In this document: in pieces, positions 33,701-42,771 of the stretch | Numbering within the stretch: the stretch's first letter is position 1 | How the letters are laid out: the number at the start of each line of letters is the position of its first letter | DNA from: Amoebophrya sp. A120 | Taxonomy: Eukaryota; Protista; Dinoflagellata | Direction: 5' to 3' | NCBI GenBank assembly: GCA_905178155.1 | Contig: CAJINV010000003.1 | Location: 7,673,882 to 7,737,881, forward strand | DNA length: 64,000 bases | The notes under the pieces: generated by a model | Told to the model about the DNA's origin: nothing | The model's input: the letters and a program-made list of their open reading frames with translations, nothing else | Database searches by the model: none | Position numbers and translations under genes: made by a program

Positions 33701-36700
33701 TGAGCCGCTGGATCAGTCGATTTATGAACAAGTGGTGGCTGACCAACAGCTTGCGCTGGCATTGATGCAAGAGGAGCAAGCACTGGGACCGCTGGACATT
33801 GGCACTACCTTAACGGGGGAGCGGTATAATGCAGATGTGCATCTACAAATCGCACCGAGCCCAGCGATGGCGTTTACTCCGGCATTGTTGCCGGGTGCTG
33901 CATCATCATCGTCTTCCGCGGCGCAGAACCACAACGACTTCCATCACCACAACATTGATCAACATTGGTCGGGAAGGAGACGCTCTAGATCAAGAAGGAG
34001 GCGATCAGTTTCTCGTGGAAGACGCAATAATGGGCTGCTAGCACGACGTACTCCGAGCAAGAAGTGGAGCAAGAGACATGATCCCTCCCACGCGCGGCGT
34101 AGGGAGTGCAAATACTTCTGTCAACTGCATGGTTGGAATACCACGCACGCCAGCGACGACTGTTATCGTCTAAACGACATTACGGAGTATGTGCAGGTAG
34201 AATGGAATCTGTGGGTTCCCTGGCACATCTATTGGAGGGATTACGCACATCTTTATTGGAACAACGCCGACGAGGAATGGAGAGATGAAGCAGTCGCAGC
34301 AGAAAACTCGTACACTCGAGCTCATCCAGAAGAACAAGAACCGGAGGCGGAAGCACCGCCACCCGTTACTCCTGTCGCTGCTCCTCAAGAAGATGTTGTA
34401 ATGGAAGACGTGGAAATGGAAAATGCAAACAACAATGATCCCGTCCCGGTGGAACCAGTGATTCAAGAGCAGCCTTCCGCAGGTGCGCGACGCGGTTCTC
34501 CAATCCCCGAATCCAGCCCGTTGGATGAAGATCGTACCCGTCGTACGTCTTCGGACATGGAGATCGATCTCCCTTCGGAAGGAAGTGATGAGATCTTTGG
34601 GGATGGGCAGGAAAACGAAGAGGAGACGGAAATTGCATCTCCGCCTCCTTCTGCGTCTCCACCTGAAACACAGCTGGCGATCTTTGACCCGGAAGTTAGA
34701 AAGGAGAAGCTGCGGGTTTGGGGATTGAACGTCAACGCTGTCCGATCTACGACGGAACAAATTCGGAACTTGCCGGAGTTCAAGAAAATTCTGGAAAAAT
34801 ACGGAACAAATAAGTTCTTGCAGTTGGTCCGCTACGGTTTTAACAAGAACATGGCTTCTTCGCCGGTGATTGGGTTAGTGGATGGGGCCATCGAGCATCA
34901 ACGGGAATTGGAGAGCGATGAGCAAATTCCCGCTTCTCCGTCTCCTGGAGATGTAGCTGCACCTCCACAAGAACAAGAAAATGCAGATCAAGAATTAACG
35001 TCTCCTGACTTGTCACAACAAGGAATTCCCGTGAACAACGTCGCCTCGATCTTGGATGACGCCGTTGGTGCGACGGCTGAAGAGGAAGAAAGCTTTGCAA
35101 TGATGGATGAAATTCCCACGGAAGGACAAGAACAGGCAGAAGACCTTACAAGGATGTATGAAGTTCACACGGGAGATTATCTGCCGATTTTGTTCGGATC
35201 TCCTGTGTCTCCAGAACAACCTGTTGTTCCATTGTGGTCTGATTTTGTGGAACAGGGAGGAAATGAACAAGAATTGGAAGCTCCGCGTTCTCCAGAAAAA
35301 GACGTCCAAGAAGAATACGAACAAGGTGGTGATGACAGTAATGAGAACGTCGGAAATGCTGACCAGGAGAATCAGCAGGCCAATGATCAGGATTTCGGTG
35401 GAATCAACAACTTCGTCGTTCAAAACAACAGCGTCGTCGTGCAGGACAATAATCAACAAGTGATTGCAAACATGTCTCCCGCTGTTGATCAAGGAAATAC
35501 GGCAAGCGTAGCCGTGCAAACGACGGGCGATGATCAACAGGCGCAAGTAGATGGAGAAATTGATCTTGATGTGCAGCCAGGAATTTACAACCTCGCTCCT
35601 GGAACTTACAACGTAAGCTTCAGGATCTCGGAAGAGCGGTCCTGCGTTATCCAGTAAAAGAGCAATTCGTTACCAGCAAGGCAGAATAGAATCATCCGGA
35701 ATAACATCAGAAGAGTCCAGCAGTAGTCGCGAAAAGACGGGATTGAAGAGATGTGAAAAGGAGATGATTATCCAAAGAAAGATATTCGAATTATCTTCAG
35801 ATTAGAACGCGAGTATAACTATCACATCCTTTTATATCAAATGGGTAGTGCTTCTCATTCAATAGATGAAAGTCGCTGTTTCAGAAAAGACGTTTTTTCC
35901 AGAACCAAAGCAATACGCGCTTGCATCTACTGAGACGTAGGATGCTAAGTGATCCATCAATTTCAAATTCCTCGGCAAAGTTTTTTGCTGAAGAACAACT
36001 TATTGGAAAAAGCAAAGAAGTAAAACTGTCAAATATTCATCGGTGAAGACTGGATTGCCAATACTTGTTTTTTGGTAATAAGAAGAACACTGGGACACAC
36101 AAGTAACAAGACCTATAAAAGACAGCTTAATAAAAAAAACTCATTCAGCTTTTTGCTTCGCACGATCATCGGGTACAATCTTGAGTTTTTATATCTCTCT
36201 TTTTTGCTGTCGCCCCACAGCCAATTTTTTGTTGGAAGTTTTCGAGGAAGGCAACACGACATTCATGCGGACAGAAAAAATCTCTCATTTCAATCAAAAA
36301 CAGTAGAAGAGATTTTCGTGAAGACGACAGCGGCCTTGTTTGTCTGTCTTAACTCGACTTCTAGAACTAATTTCTGAATAAAAAACTGAAAAAAGTAAAA
36401 AACACTTAAAAACCAAAAAAACACAAAAAATAACCTTGCTTCGCACTCTCGATCGACTCTCTGTTGATCTCCTTCTGGGTAAGGACGAGCGGAGACTTAT
36501 CTCCAGTTCGTGTTTTCACAACGTCACGGCTTTTAAGAAGAATCGGCTTAATCTGGTCTGACGTGTCGGTTTTATCGTAGGAAGACATTTAAATCGTACA
36601 TTACCTGTTGCCAATCGTATGTCGTTGCAGACGCACAAATAAATCGTCTACTTTCGGTGAACTCGTCCGTCGTTGAGGAGAGCGCTCAGTTGCGGATTTC

Positions 36701-36740
36701 TCGGAATTGTTCGATGACCAGTTTTAGCCCGTTTCTGACA
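30244..36740 (+). repeat. 3' LTR (6497 bp)
   Basis: Copy of 18744-25240; preceded by a weak purine tract AAGAAGAAAA (30228-30237); followed by TSD CCTAG. Confidence 0.92.
31383..35657 (+). CDS. Second copy of the 1424-aa LTR-encoded protein
   Basis: Same length, near-identical to 19884-24158; substitutions mainly near the termini. Confidence 0.85.
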   Translation: MPPKAKAKPKAKPQVKRQPRNQGLPPGQQALPNQQEQQPQQQGNNAVGQFQIPAGFIPILDPSGNLVGIQQLAPAAPVIANPGAKPKAARGRPRTSSGHKRQLKAKRQARWKEKKFGKKQSKKKGKGRRKNVLSDSSESEEENNNFLAIENAQGEGLLAIEDIPRDPPVVQDEANEYGNRSPAFVPDQGQENAGGEAPRNAGNINVSITPNTGPAPSPPPPPVLILGASSSSGNQNVAQGQASSSSSGVPRPFPLPQLRPRIQPKAKNGQLNMSRINRLCAGKPPSSGSDSSNSSGSDTCTESDEDEEEHAMRKQQKYLNKENSKKRKRGCSFDREEERAVRRAETERRFWPTYGEDDDEEEEEEEEGQVDLRGAKYGPILDIGDDLNDFIVDDPLEAGVEEGEVLEDGVYVSTVYEDAQLRITIIRRPGERWPKGLRVFWKTSKPTLTLEGYNPEKFDRFLYQTKDTGFVDKTELTEWAQVIVNTIDGQNRAWDYLTDSMVENDNVLDFIKYMRGLQAAAASAPVPTALDELDDLFADDNPVAPAAVQPSPTATSVQTSTTTTTHAQPSTNISSAQPSTNVSNTTASSSVGTTKKKEKKETLLPTESDEEGGDENGNEPSPEQELPASVSPEKLIEEIISPTEAQQNLTRFLGNSSVIVGGRTSASGSSASSAADDDHRYPPFQLGEDIDWDPSMPLPAPFPTINSPAHSPDVQPESATQNVLPLSDLDHALPDLDIATLDHLINVTAELAGQENEDVQTGSSQLQQQASQVEPLDQSIYEQVVADQQLALALMQEEQALGPLDIGTTLTGERYNADVHLQIAPSPAMAFTPALLPGAASSSSSAAQNHNDFHHHNIDQHWSGRRRSRSRRRRSVSRGRRNNGLLARRTPSKKWSKRHDPSHARRRECKYFCQLHGWNTTHASDDCYRLNDITEYVQVEWNLWVPWHIYWRDYAHLYWNNADEEWRDEAVAAENSYTRAHPEEQEPEAEAPPPVTPVAAPQEDVVMEDVEMENANNNDPVPVEPVIQEQPSAGARRGSPIPESSPLDEDRTRRTSSDMEIDLPSEGSDEIFGDGQENEEETEIASPPPSASPPETQLAIFDPEVRKEKLRVWGLNVNAVRSTTEQIRNLPEFKKILEKYGTNKFLQLVRYGFNKNMASSPVIGLVDGAIEHQRELESDEQIPASPSPGDVAAPPQEQENADQELTSPDLSQQGIPVNNVASILDDAVGATAEEEESFAMMDEIPTEGQEQAEDLTRMYEVHTGDYLPILFGSPVSPEQPVVPLWSDFVEQGGNEQELEAPRSPEKDVQEEYEQGGDDSNENVGNADQENQQANDQDFGGINNFVVQNNSVVVQDNNQQVIANMSPAVDQGNTASVAVQTTGDDQQAQVDGEIDLDVQPGIYNLAPGTYNVSFRISEERSCVIQ

Positions 36741-36859
36741 CCTAGGCACCCAATAGTGGAAAACATTGCACCCATTTTGGCGCGTTGACGGAAAAAAATG
36801 CATTGTAACGGCCATCGCAGCTCTTTCATTGGAAAATCCTACAATTGGAAGGTTGGGCA

Positions 36860-37470
36860 GCACATATATTGCGCAGCTTGTGGCTGAGTGGCAAGATTTT
36901 CTGCGGCGCGCTGACCAACTTCCAAGATGTTGCGTGGTTCTTTCGCCAGCTGGCAAGATTTTCTGCTGCAAGGCCGCCAGCTGGCGAGATTTTGTAGAGC
37001 ACGGCGGCCAGCTAGCAAGATTTTGTGTGGTCAGGCGGCCAATTCACCAGATTTTACGCGACGAGGCGACCCGGACAGAAGATTTCGCGCGGTGTGGCGA
37101 CCGGCTCGCAAGATCTTGTGCGGCCACGCGGCCAGCTGGCTAGATTCTGTGCGGTGGGGCGGCCAGGTGGCGAGAGTTTTTGCAGAGGGGTAGCCAACTC
37201 GTGCGACTGCGCGCGGCGGGCAGCCGGCTGGCAAGATTTTCTGCGGCAAGGTAGTCGGCTGTCAAAATTTGGGACGGCAGCGCAAGGGCACTCGGCTGGC
37301 AAGATTTTGGGCGGCGGGGCTGGCAGCCGGCGAGATTGTGCGCCACAGGACGGCAAGCTGGAGAGATTTTGCACAGTGTGGCGGCAAGCTTGTCAGATTG
37401 TGCACGACGGGGCAGCCAGCTGGCAAGATTTTGCGCAGTGGGGTTGCCAGCTGGCAAGATTTTGTGCCCC
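36860..37470. repeat. Degenerate 31-bp tandem repeat (~19 units, core GCCAGCTGGCAAGATTTT)
   Basis: TGGCAAGATT-like anchors at 36889, 36920, 36951, 36982, 37013 ... 37452. Confidence 0.85.
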
Positions 37471-37474
37471 GCCT

Positions 37475-38170
37475 GGCCCCTGCCCGGCTCAGAGGTGACG
37501 CGCGATCAGAGGGCCCGGCCCCCGCCCGGCTCGGGGGCGGCGCGCGATCAGAGGCGGCGCACGATCCGAGGGCCCGGCCCCCGCCCGGCTCAGGGGCGGC
37601 GCGCGATCAGAGGCGACGCGCGATCAGAGGGCCCGGCCTCCGCCCGGCTCAGGGGCGACGCGCGATCAGAGGGCCCGGCCCCCGCCCGGCTCAGAGGCGA
37701 CGCGCGATCAGAGGGCCCGGCCCCCGCCCGGCGCAGAGGCGACGCGCGATCAGAGGGCCCGGCCCCCGCCCGGCGCAGAGGCGACGCGCGATCAGAGGGC
37801 CCGGCCCCCGCCCGGCCGCCGCCCGGCGCAGAAGCGGCACGCGAGCAGAGGCGACGCGGGATCAGAGGGCCCGGCCCCCGCCCGGCGCAGAGGCGACGCG
37901 CGATCAGAGGGCCCGGCCCCCGCCCGGCGCAGAGGCGACGCGCGATCAGAGGCGACGCGCGATCAGAGGCGACGCGCGATCAGAGGGCCCGGCCCCCGCC
38001 CGGCTCAGCGGCGACGCGCGATCAGAGGCGACGCGCGATCAGAGGCGACGCGCATTCAGAGGCGACGCGCGATCCGAGGCGACGCGCGATCACAACGCGC
38101 GATCACAACGCGCGAACAGAGGCCACGCGCGATCACAACGCGCGATCAGAGGCCACGCGCGATCAGACGT
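37475..38170. repeat. Very GC-rich composite minisatellite (42-bp unit, 17-bp and 13-bp subunits)
   Basis: CAGAGGCGACGCGCGATCAGAGGGCCCGGCCCCCGCCCGG(CT/CG) at 42-nt spacing (37692, 37734...), decaying into (GATCAGAGGCGACGCGC)n and (GATCACAACGCGC)n. Confidence 0.95.
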
Positions 38171-39390
38171 GCGAAAATGTGATGACGCCGGGTCCGTGCT
38201 GTTATGTGTCAGTGTGTGTTGGTTTTCGGCGTGTCATGGCTTGGGTGCCGTTTAGTTAGTGTTGGCGCTGAGATGTTTGTTGAGCGCCGTTCCATCTGGG
38301 CCCCTGACCGCTGCGGAGCATGCCGCTTTGCGGAGCATGCCGCTTAGATACTCATAAAGCCCAGCGAGGTTCTTGTAAGTCGCCTGCTCTCTATCCCTCT
38401 AGGTTGATCAGGTACAAGGCTAGAGTCCTTGCCGTTGTCGATTTTGTACTACTTGGATTTACTTACGTCTACGTTTGTACTACTTCGATTTGCATTTACT
38501 TGTCGTTTGTACTACTAGAGCCTGTTTGGATTTACTTACATCCCCGATAGGGAGCTTGTCGTCCGCCCGCGGGGGCCCCCGCGCCCGGATCCCCCGCCCG
38601 CGGCCGCGCACGCGCCTTCCGGTAGGTAATTGCACGTCTGGAAACCGAAGCACACCTTCCGCGTGTACGCGCGGGGGCCCGGCCTCGAACTCGTCTTCCA
38701 AGCAAATATTCCTTCCAAGTCTTGTCTCGGTGGAGATCCTGCTCGAACTCGCAAGGTCGTCATGTGTGTCTGATCCTAAGCGAGAAAAGCTAGTGCGTGA
38801 CGTAAGCCGATGCAGTTTGACTGCATAGAAATAGGCGTCTCATCTACACAGCATCCCTAAATTCGCATAATCGGATCCCATGCGTTCTGTAAACGATGTA
38901 TCCGTGGATGTGCGTATTGGCAAGTATACACACACACACATATACAGACGCTCTGCGCATTAGCATTTGTTACATTCTCCCTCAGGACAATTTTTTTTTT
39001 GAGTTTGGATAAGTATTCGCATATTTCTGTAACTCCTTTGTTCTTTTTACTACTGTCAGACCTCCGACGGCACATGCACCCGGTAGAACCTCCATCAACT
39101 ACGTCGCACCCTGCAGTGCACGTCGCATAGAACAATCCGTCGAGGCATATAGTAAGGCTGCGTTTTACTTTCTTCCTTCGTCCGCATGCATTCGCTCGTC
39201 GCGCGCGATGAACAGTCAGCGCTCATGAATGTGGAACGAGGACTGAGCTTCCTGCGCGCCAGCAAAGACCCGGCCCACGACGTTGCGTCGCCGAAGCCGG
39301 GGGGCAACGATGAGACGCAGTCGCCCTTTGAGACTCCGATGCAAAGCCGCTAAGTAGTTGCGAACAATAGAGGACACCCGGAGGACCACG

Positions 39391-42300
39391 ATGGCGGGCC
39401 GTGCGGGGGCGGGCGGCGCGTTTTCATCCGCCACCACAACAGGCGGAGGACCCCTCCGGCGAGTGGACAAGGATGCGGCCGGGAACGTCCTCCGCCTGCG
39501 AGAGAGCTTCGACGCCGAGAAGCGCGTTTTCGAAGGCAGCCTTGAGCCGCTGCTGTACGCGGATGAGTGGACATCGCCAGACACGGTGTGGGTTCGGTGG
39601 GCCCGAAAATGGCTTCTTCTGAGCATCGTGCTTCTCACGTTAGGCTTCCTGGTGGCAGACATCATTTTCCTGATTCAGATGGCGCGGAACCGCGTCATCG
39701 AAATGCCAAGCACCGTCTCGGAAGCCATGGCCGTCGGCACGGCGTACGCCCGCATCTACTATGGATTCGAGTTCATCGGCGCGCTTGTTCAAATGATATC
39801 CTTCTACCCGCTACGAAGGCATGATCCGTTCGCATCGCAAGCGCGACCACACCTATCTCTACATGTGGTAGTCATTTCGAAAAAATTTTGGAGCTAAGAG
39901 CAAGCTTGTGCGACAGTCAGTTATGTTTATCCGGTACTATTCCGGTGGTGCTTACCACAGACATTTCTAGCCTTCAGGCCAGTTCTTCTCGAACCAAAAC
40001 GGCAGCTGTGTCCTGGTAACGTTTTCAACCAAGAAGAAGGAGTTCCGCTAGTGCAGCGACGGCCCTGCATTGTTCGACTGCGTCGGGTCTTTCCCTTGCA
40101 TACCTTTTCCTGCTTCGGAACGGCGCCTGCAGTTGCAAGCGGTTCGGGATCAGTAATCGTATGCTCCGGTGGATGTCCCCGCTCTTTTACGTGTTCTTTA
40201 TTCTCATCCCCACGACCGAGGGACCGGACCCGCTCTCGCAGACCCAGCGCTACATCCACGAAGCTTGTGCTATCACCTCTTTCGCACTGTATTTGGCCGC
40301 GGAAGTTCACACCTTGTTCTGCTCCGACCTCATCCTTCGTGGGGCAAACGGCCGAGAGGAACCCCTGTATCACACGCGCGAAGAGACGCTGACGAAGCGG
40401 CGGCAGAGCACCTGGCAGCGCATGAACCTGAGTGCGCAGTCGTTGTTGGACTTCGCCGCGCGGCTGCTGGCCGCGGTCGTGCAGAAGTGCAGTTGCTGGC
40501 CGAGCGAATTGTTACAGCTCCTGAGCTCAGTTCCCAGCAATTTGCGGACTTCCTTTCTCGGACTTGACAACTTGACCCGCGAAGCACTCTTCGCCAGTCC
40601 GGCAAATCCCACGCGTGCAGATTTGAGTAGTTCGCCGCAGATGACTGAACCTGCCGACCCAGCAGGCGGCCTGATCCAACCGCGCACTCGCGGCCCTGCA
40701 GCGTCGAAAGTGTCGGCTCTAGAAACTCCCCTGCTCGTCACCAGCCGAACAAACGGAGAGGTTCTTTCAGAGAAGGATCGAGGCGTCCGAGGAATCATAC
40801 CGGTATCGGAATTCTCAAACAGCAGTAGCGGGGAATCAACAGCCGCCAAGGACCGCGCGGCTGCGCCGTTTCGCGTTTTGCCCGTGGTCCCTAGCACGCC
40901 TGCGAAACAAGTGGGCCTTCCGCAGGACGTTGTTCCCGTATTAGTTTCGGAAATCGGCGAGGCGCTCGATGAAAGCAGCGGAACGATATCAAAGCGAGGG
41001 ACGATTGCGGCGCACCGGGCGTTTTACATGTTTGCCGCAGAACGTGCAGCGCGACTGACCGCGGTAACTCTGTCCTGCCTTTCCTTCACACTCTTTTTTT
41101 GCCTCCAGGTATTGTACGTGGTCGGTGGTGTCCGACCTGCGCTGCTCGCGCTGCTCTCTTTTGTGTTGGAGATGTTCGGAGCGCTGTTTGTGTTCATCGG
41201 GCTTGCCAACATCTGGTACTTTGCCAAACCCCTGCAGTCGTCCCGGCAATTCGGGCGCTACCACCCGGAAGACGGCGCGAATGTATTTAAGCGCGCACTG
41301 GACGCCATCGCTCTTGCGGGGCTCGTGCTCATGGGTGCGCACCTCTGGGTGCTGGCAGATTACTGGTCCCCCGCAGTCGCAGTGAGCAACTGTCTCGACG
41401 ACACCTGCCAGACCTGTCTCCCGGGCACGGAACACGACCGAAACACGCAACCAGGCGGCTGGCACGCCTGCGATTCCTTGACCTCAAACGCGATTTTCTG
41501 GACGGAGAAACTCGGCGCGGCCTGCTTCTGCGATCCGAGACCCCACCTGCTAGATGGGACGTCGGATGGAGCCACACGAGACGGGGCTGAAAATTCTCAT
41601 CGTCTGTCCGAAGAAGCGCGTCGCTCTGCGGCTCGTGCTGCACAAGTTGGTACTACAATAATTTTGAGCAGTACGCGTATAGACAATTCATCTTCATCAG
41701 GAGGTCGATGCGAAATGATATCGAGGTATCGGCGGCCCGCGGTGCGACTTTTTGCCTCAGAAAGTCATGGTCTTCCTAGTGTACAAGTCGTACTTGCGGA
41801 GAGGGTAATGCCTACGCCTGTCTAGCAGCTATCGCGTCGACTTGTACAAGTATGCATCCTGGGCGCGATGAAAATGATTTGATAGGCGCTCTACTGCCAG
41901 TCGCCGCACTGCGGCCCCGTCCGTGCAACTCGCTCGCACTTTTGAAGCCCCGTCTGCACGGCGGGGGCAGCGCAATGAGCAGCTTCCGACTCCAATACTT
42001 ATTAGAGGGACGCTGCTGGTCTTTGATCAGAGGCCGCTATTGAAAAAATAAAACACAGGTCGCCTCGGCGGTGTAAGTTGCAACGCCCCGGCTTATCCGT
42101 ACGTGATCGATGTGGCGCCCGCACTGATGCCGTTTTCCCTTCTTCGGCTTGAGGGATGCCAGATTGATGATGTCCGCAGCCTGGAGGATCCCACGCTTTC
42201 GTACTTGACCACCCCCGGCAATCCGGTGTCCGACTTCGCTGCGAAGGGCATCGCCTGTGCCCTGATACCCGCGGACTACGAAAAGACGGGTTCCCTGTCG

Positions 42301-42423
42301 TGCAACAGTGATACGAAATTGACCGTGTACTGTGCTGATGAGATTGGACGCCCGGTCAGTTTCTTCGCCCAGCAAATCCAAGACGCTTGTTATGGGTCCG
42401 CGGCGTCAGTGCTGGACGCGTAG
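39391..42423 (+). CDS. Multi-pass membrane protein with Cys-rich C-terminal region, unknown function (3 exons)
   Basis: ORFs join in frame via a GC-AG intron (39819-40132) and a GT-AG intron (~41650-42058); several hydrophobic helices. Confidence 0.7.
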
Positions 42424-42771
42424 ATTTGTTGAATGCAAATGAGAATACAGCAAACGTAGTACGTGTTTTACAAAGACACAGGCTCACCCACCTAGGGATT
42501 TAGCGACGCGATCCTTCAAGAGGCAATTTATCATTTCCGCTGCGTCGTGATTACGGTTGACGACTGGTGTTCGCGCTTATTTGTTGTTTTTTTTTTGTGC
42601 TGACGCTTTTTTTCCGTTTCGTAGGCAAGAATAAACTTCGTACGAGAACAAGCTGCCGTGGAAAGTATTTGACACCACTCACATTGAGCCATTAATGTTG
42701 TCACTTTCGCTTTTACAGTGGACGCTGAAAGGCGGAGGAAATGCGCAGCCTCCTTACATATCGCGCAGATC

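Larger units (their letters stand above)
18744..36740 (+). mobile_element. Ty1/copia-type LTR retrotransposon with giant, ORF-containing LTRs
   Basis: Two 6497-bp direct repeats each TGTCA...TGACA; 5-bp TSD CCTAG at 18739-18743 and 36741-36745; TGG-starting PBS directly after the 5' LTR; copia-like RT and RNase H motifs. Confidence 0.92.

Noticed and set aside
19884-35657. Simple tandem duplication of a host gene
   Set aside because: Repeat boundaries are TG...CA with TSD, PBS and an intervening pol, i.e. LTRs
36860-38170. CRISPR-like array
   Set aside because: No invariant repeat with unique spacers, no cas genes, eukaryotic context
36648-38259. Long ORFs (328, 307, 157 aa) in the GC-rich repeats
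   Set aside because: Open in several frames only because the tandem repeats lack stop codons
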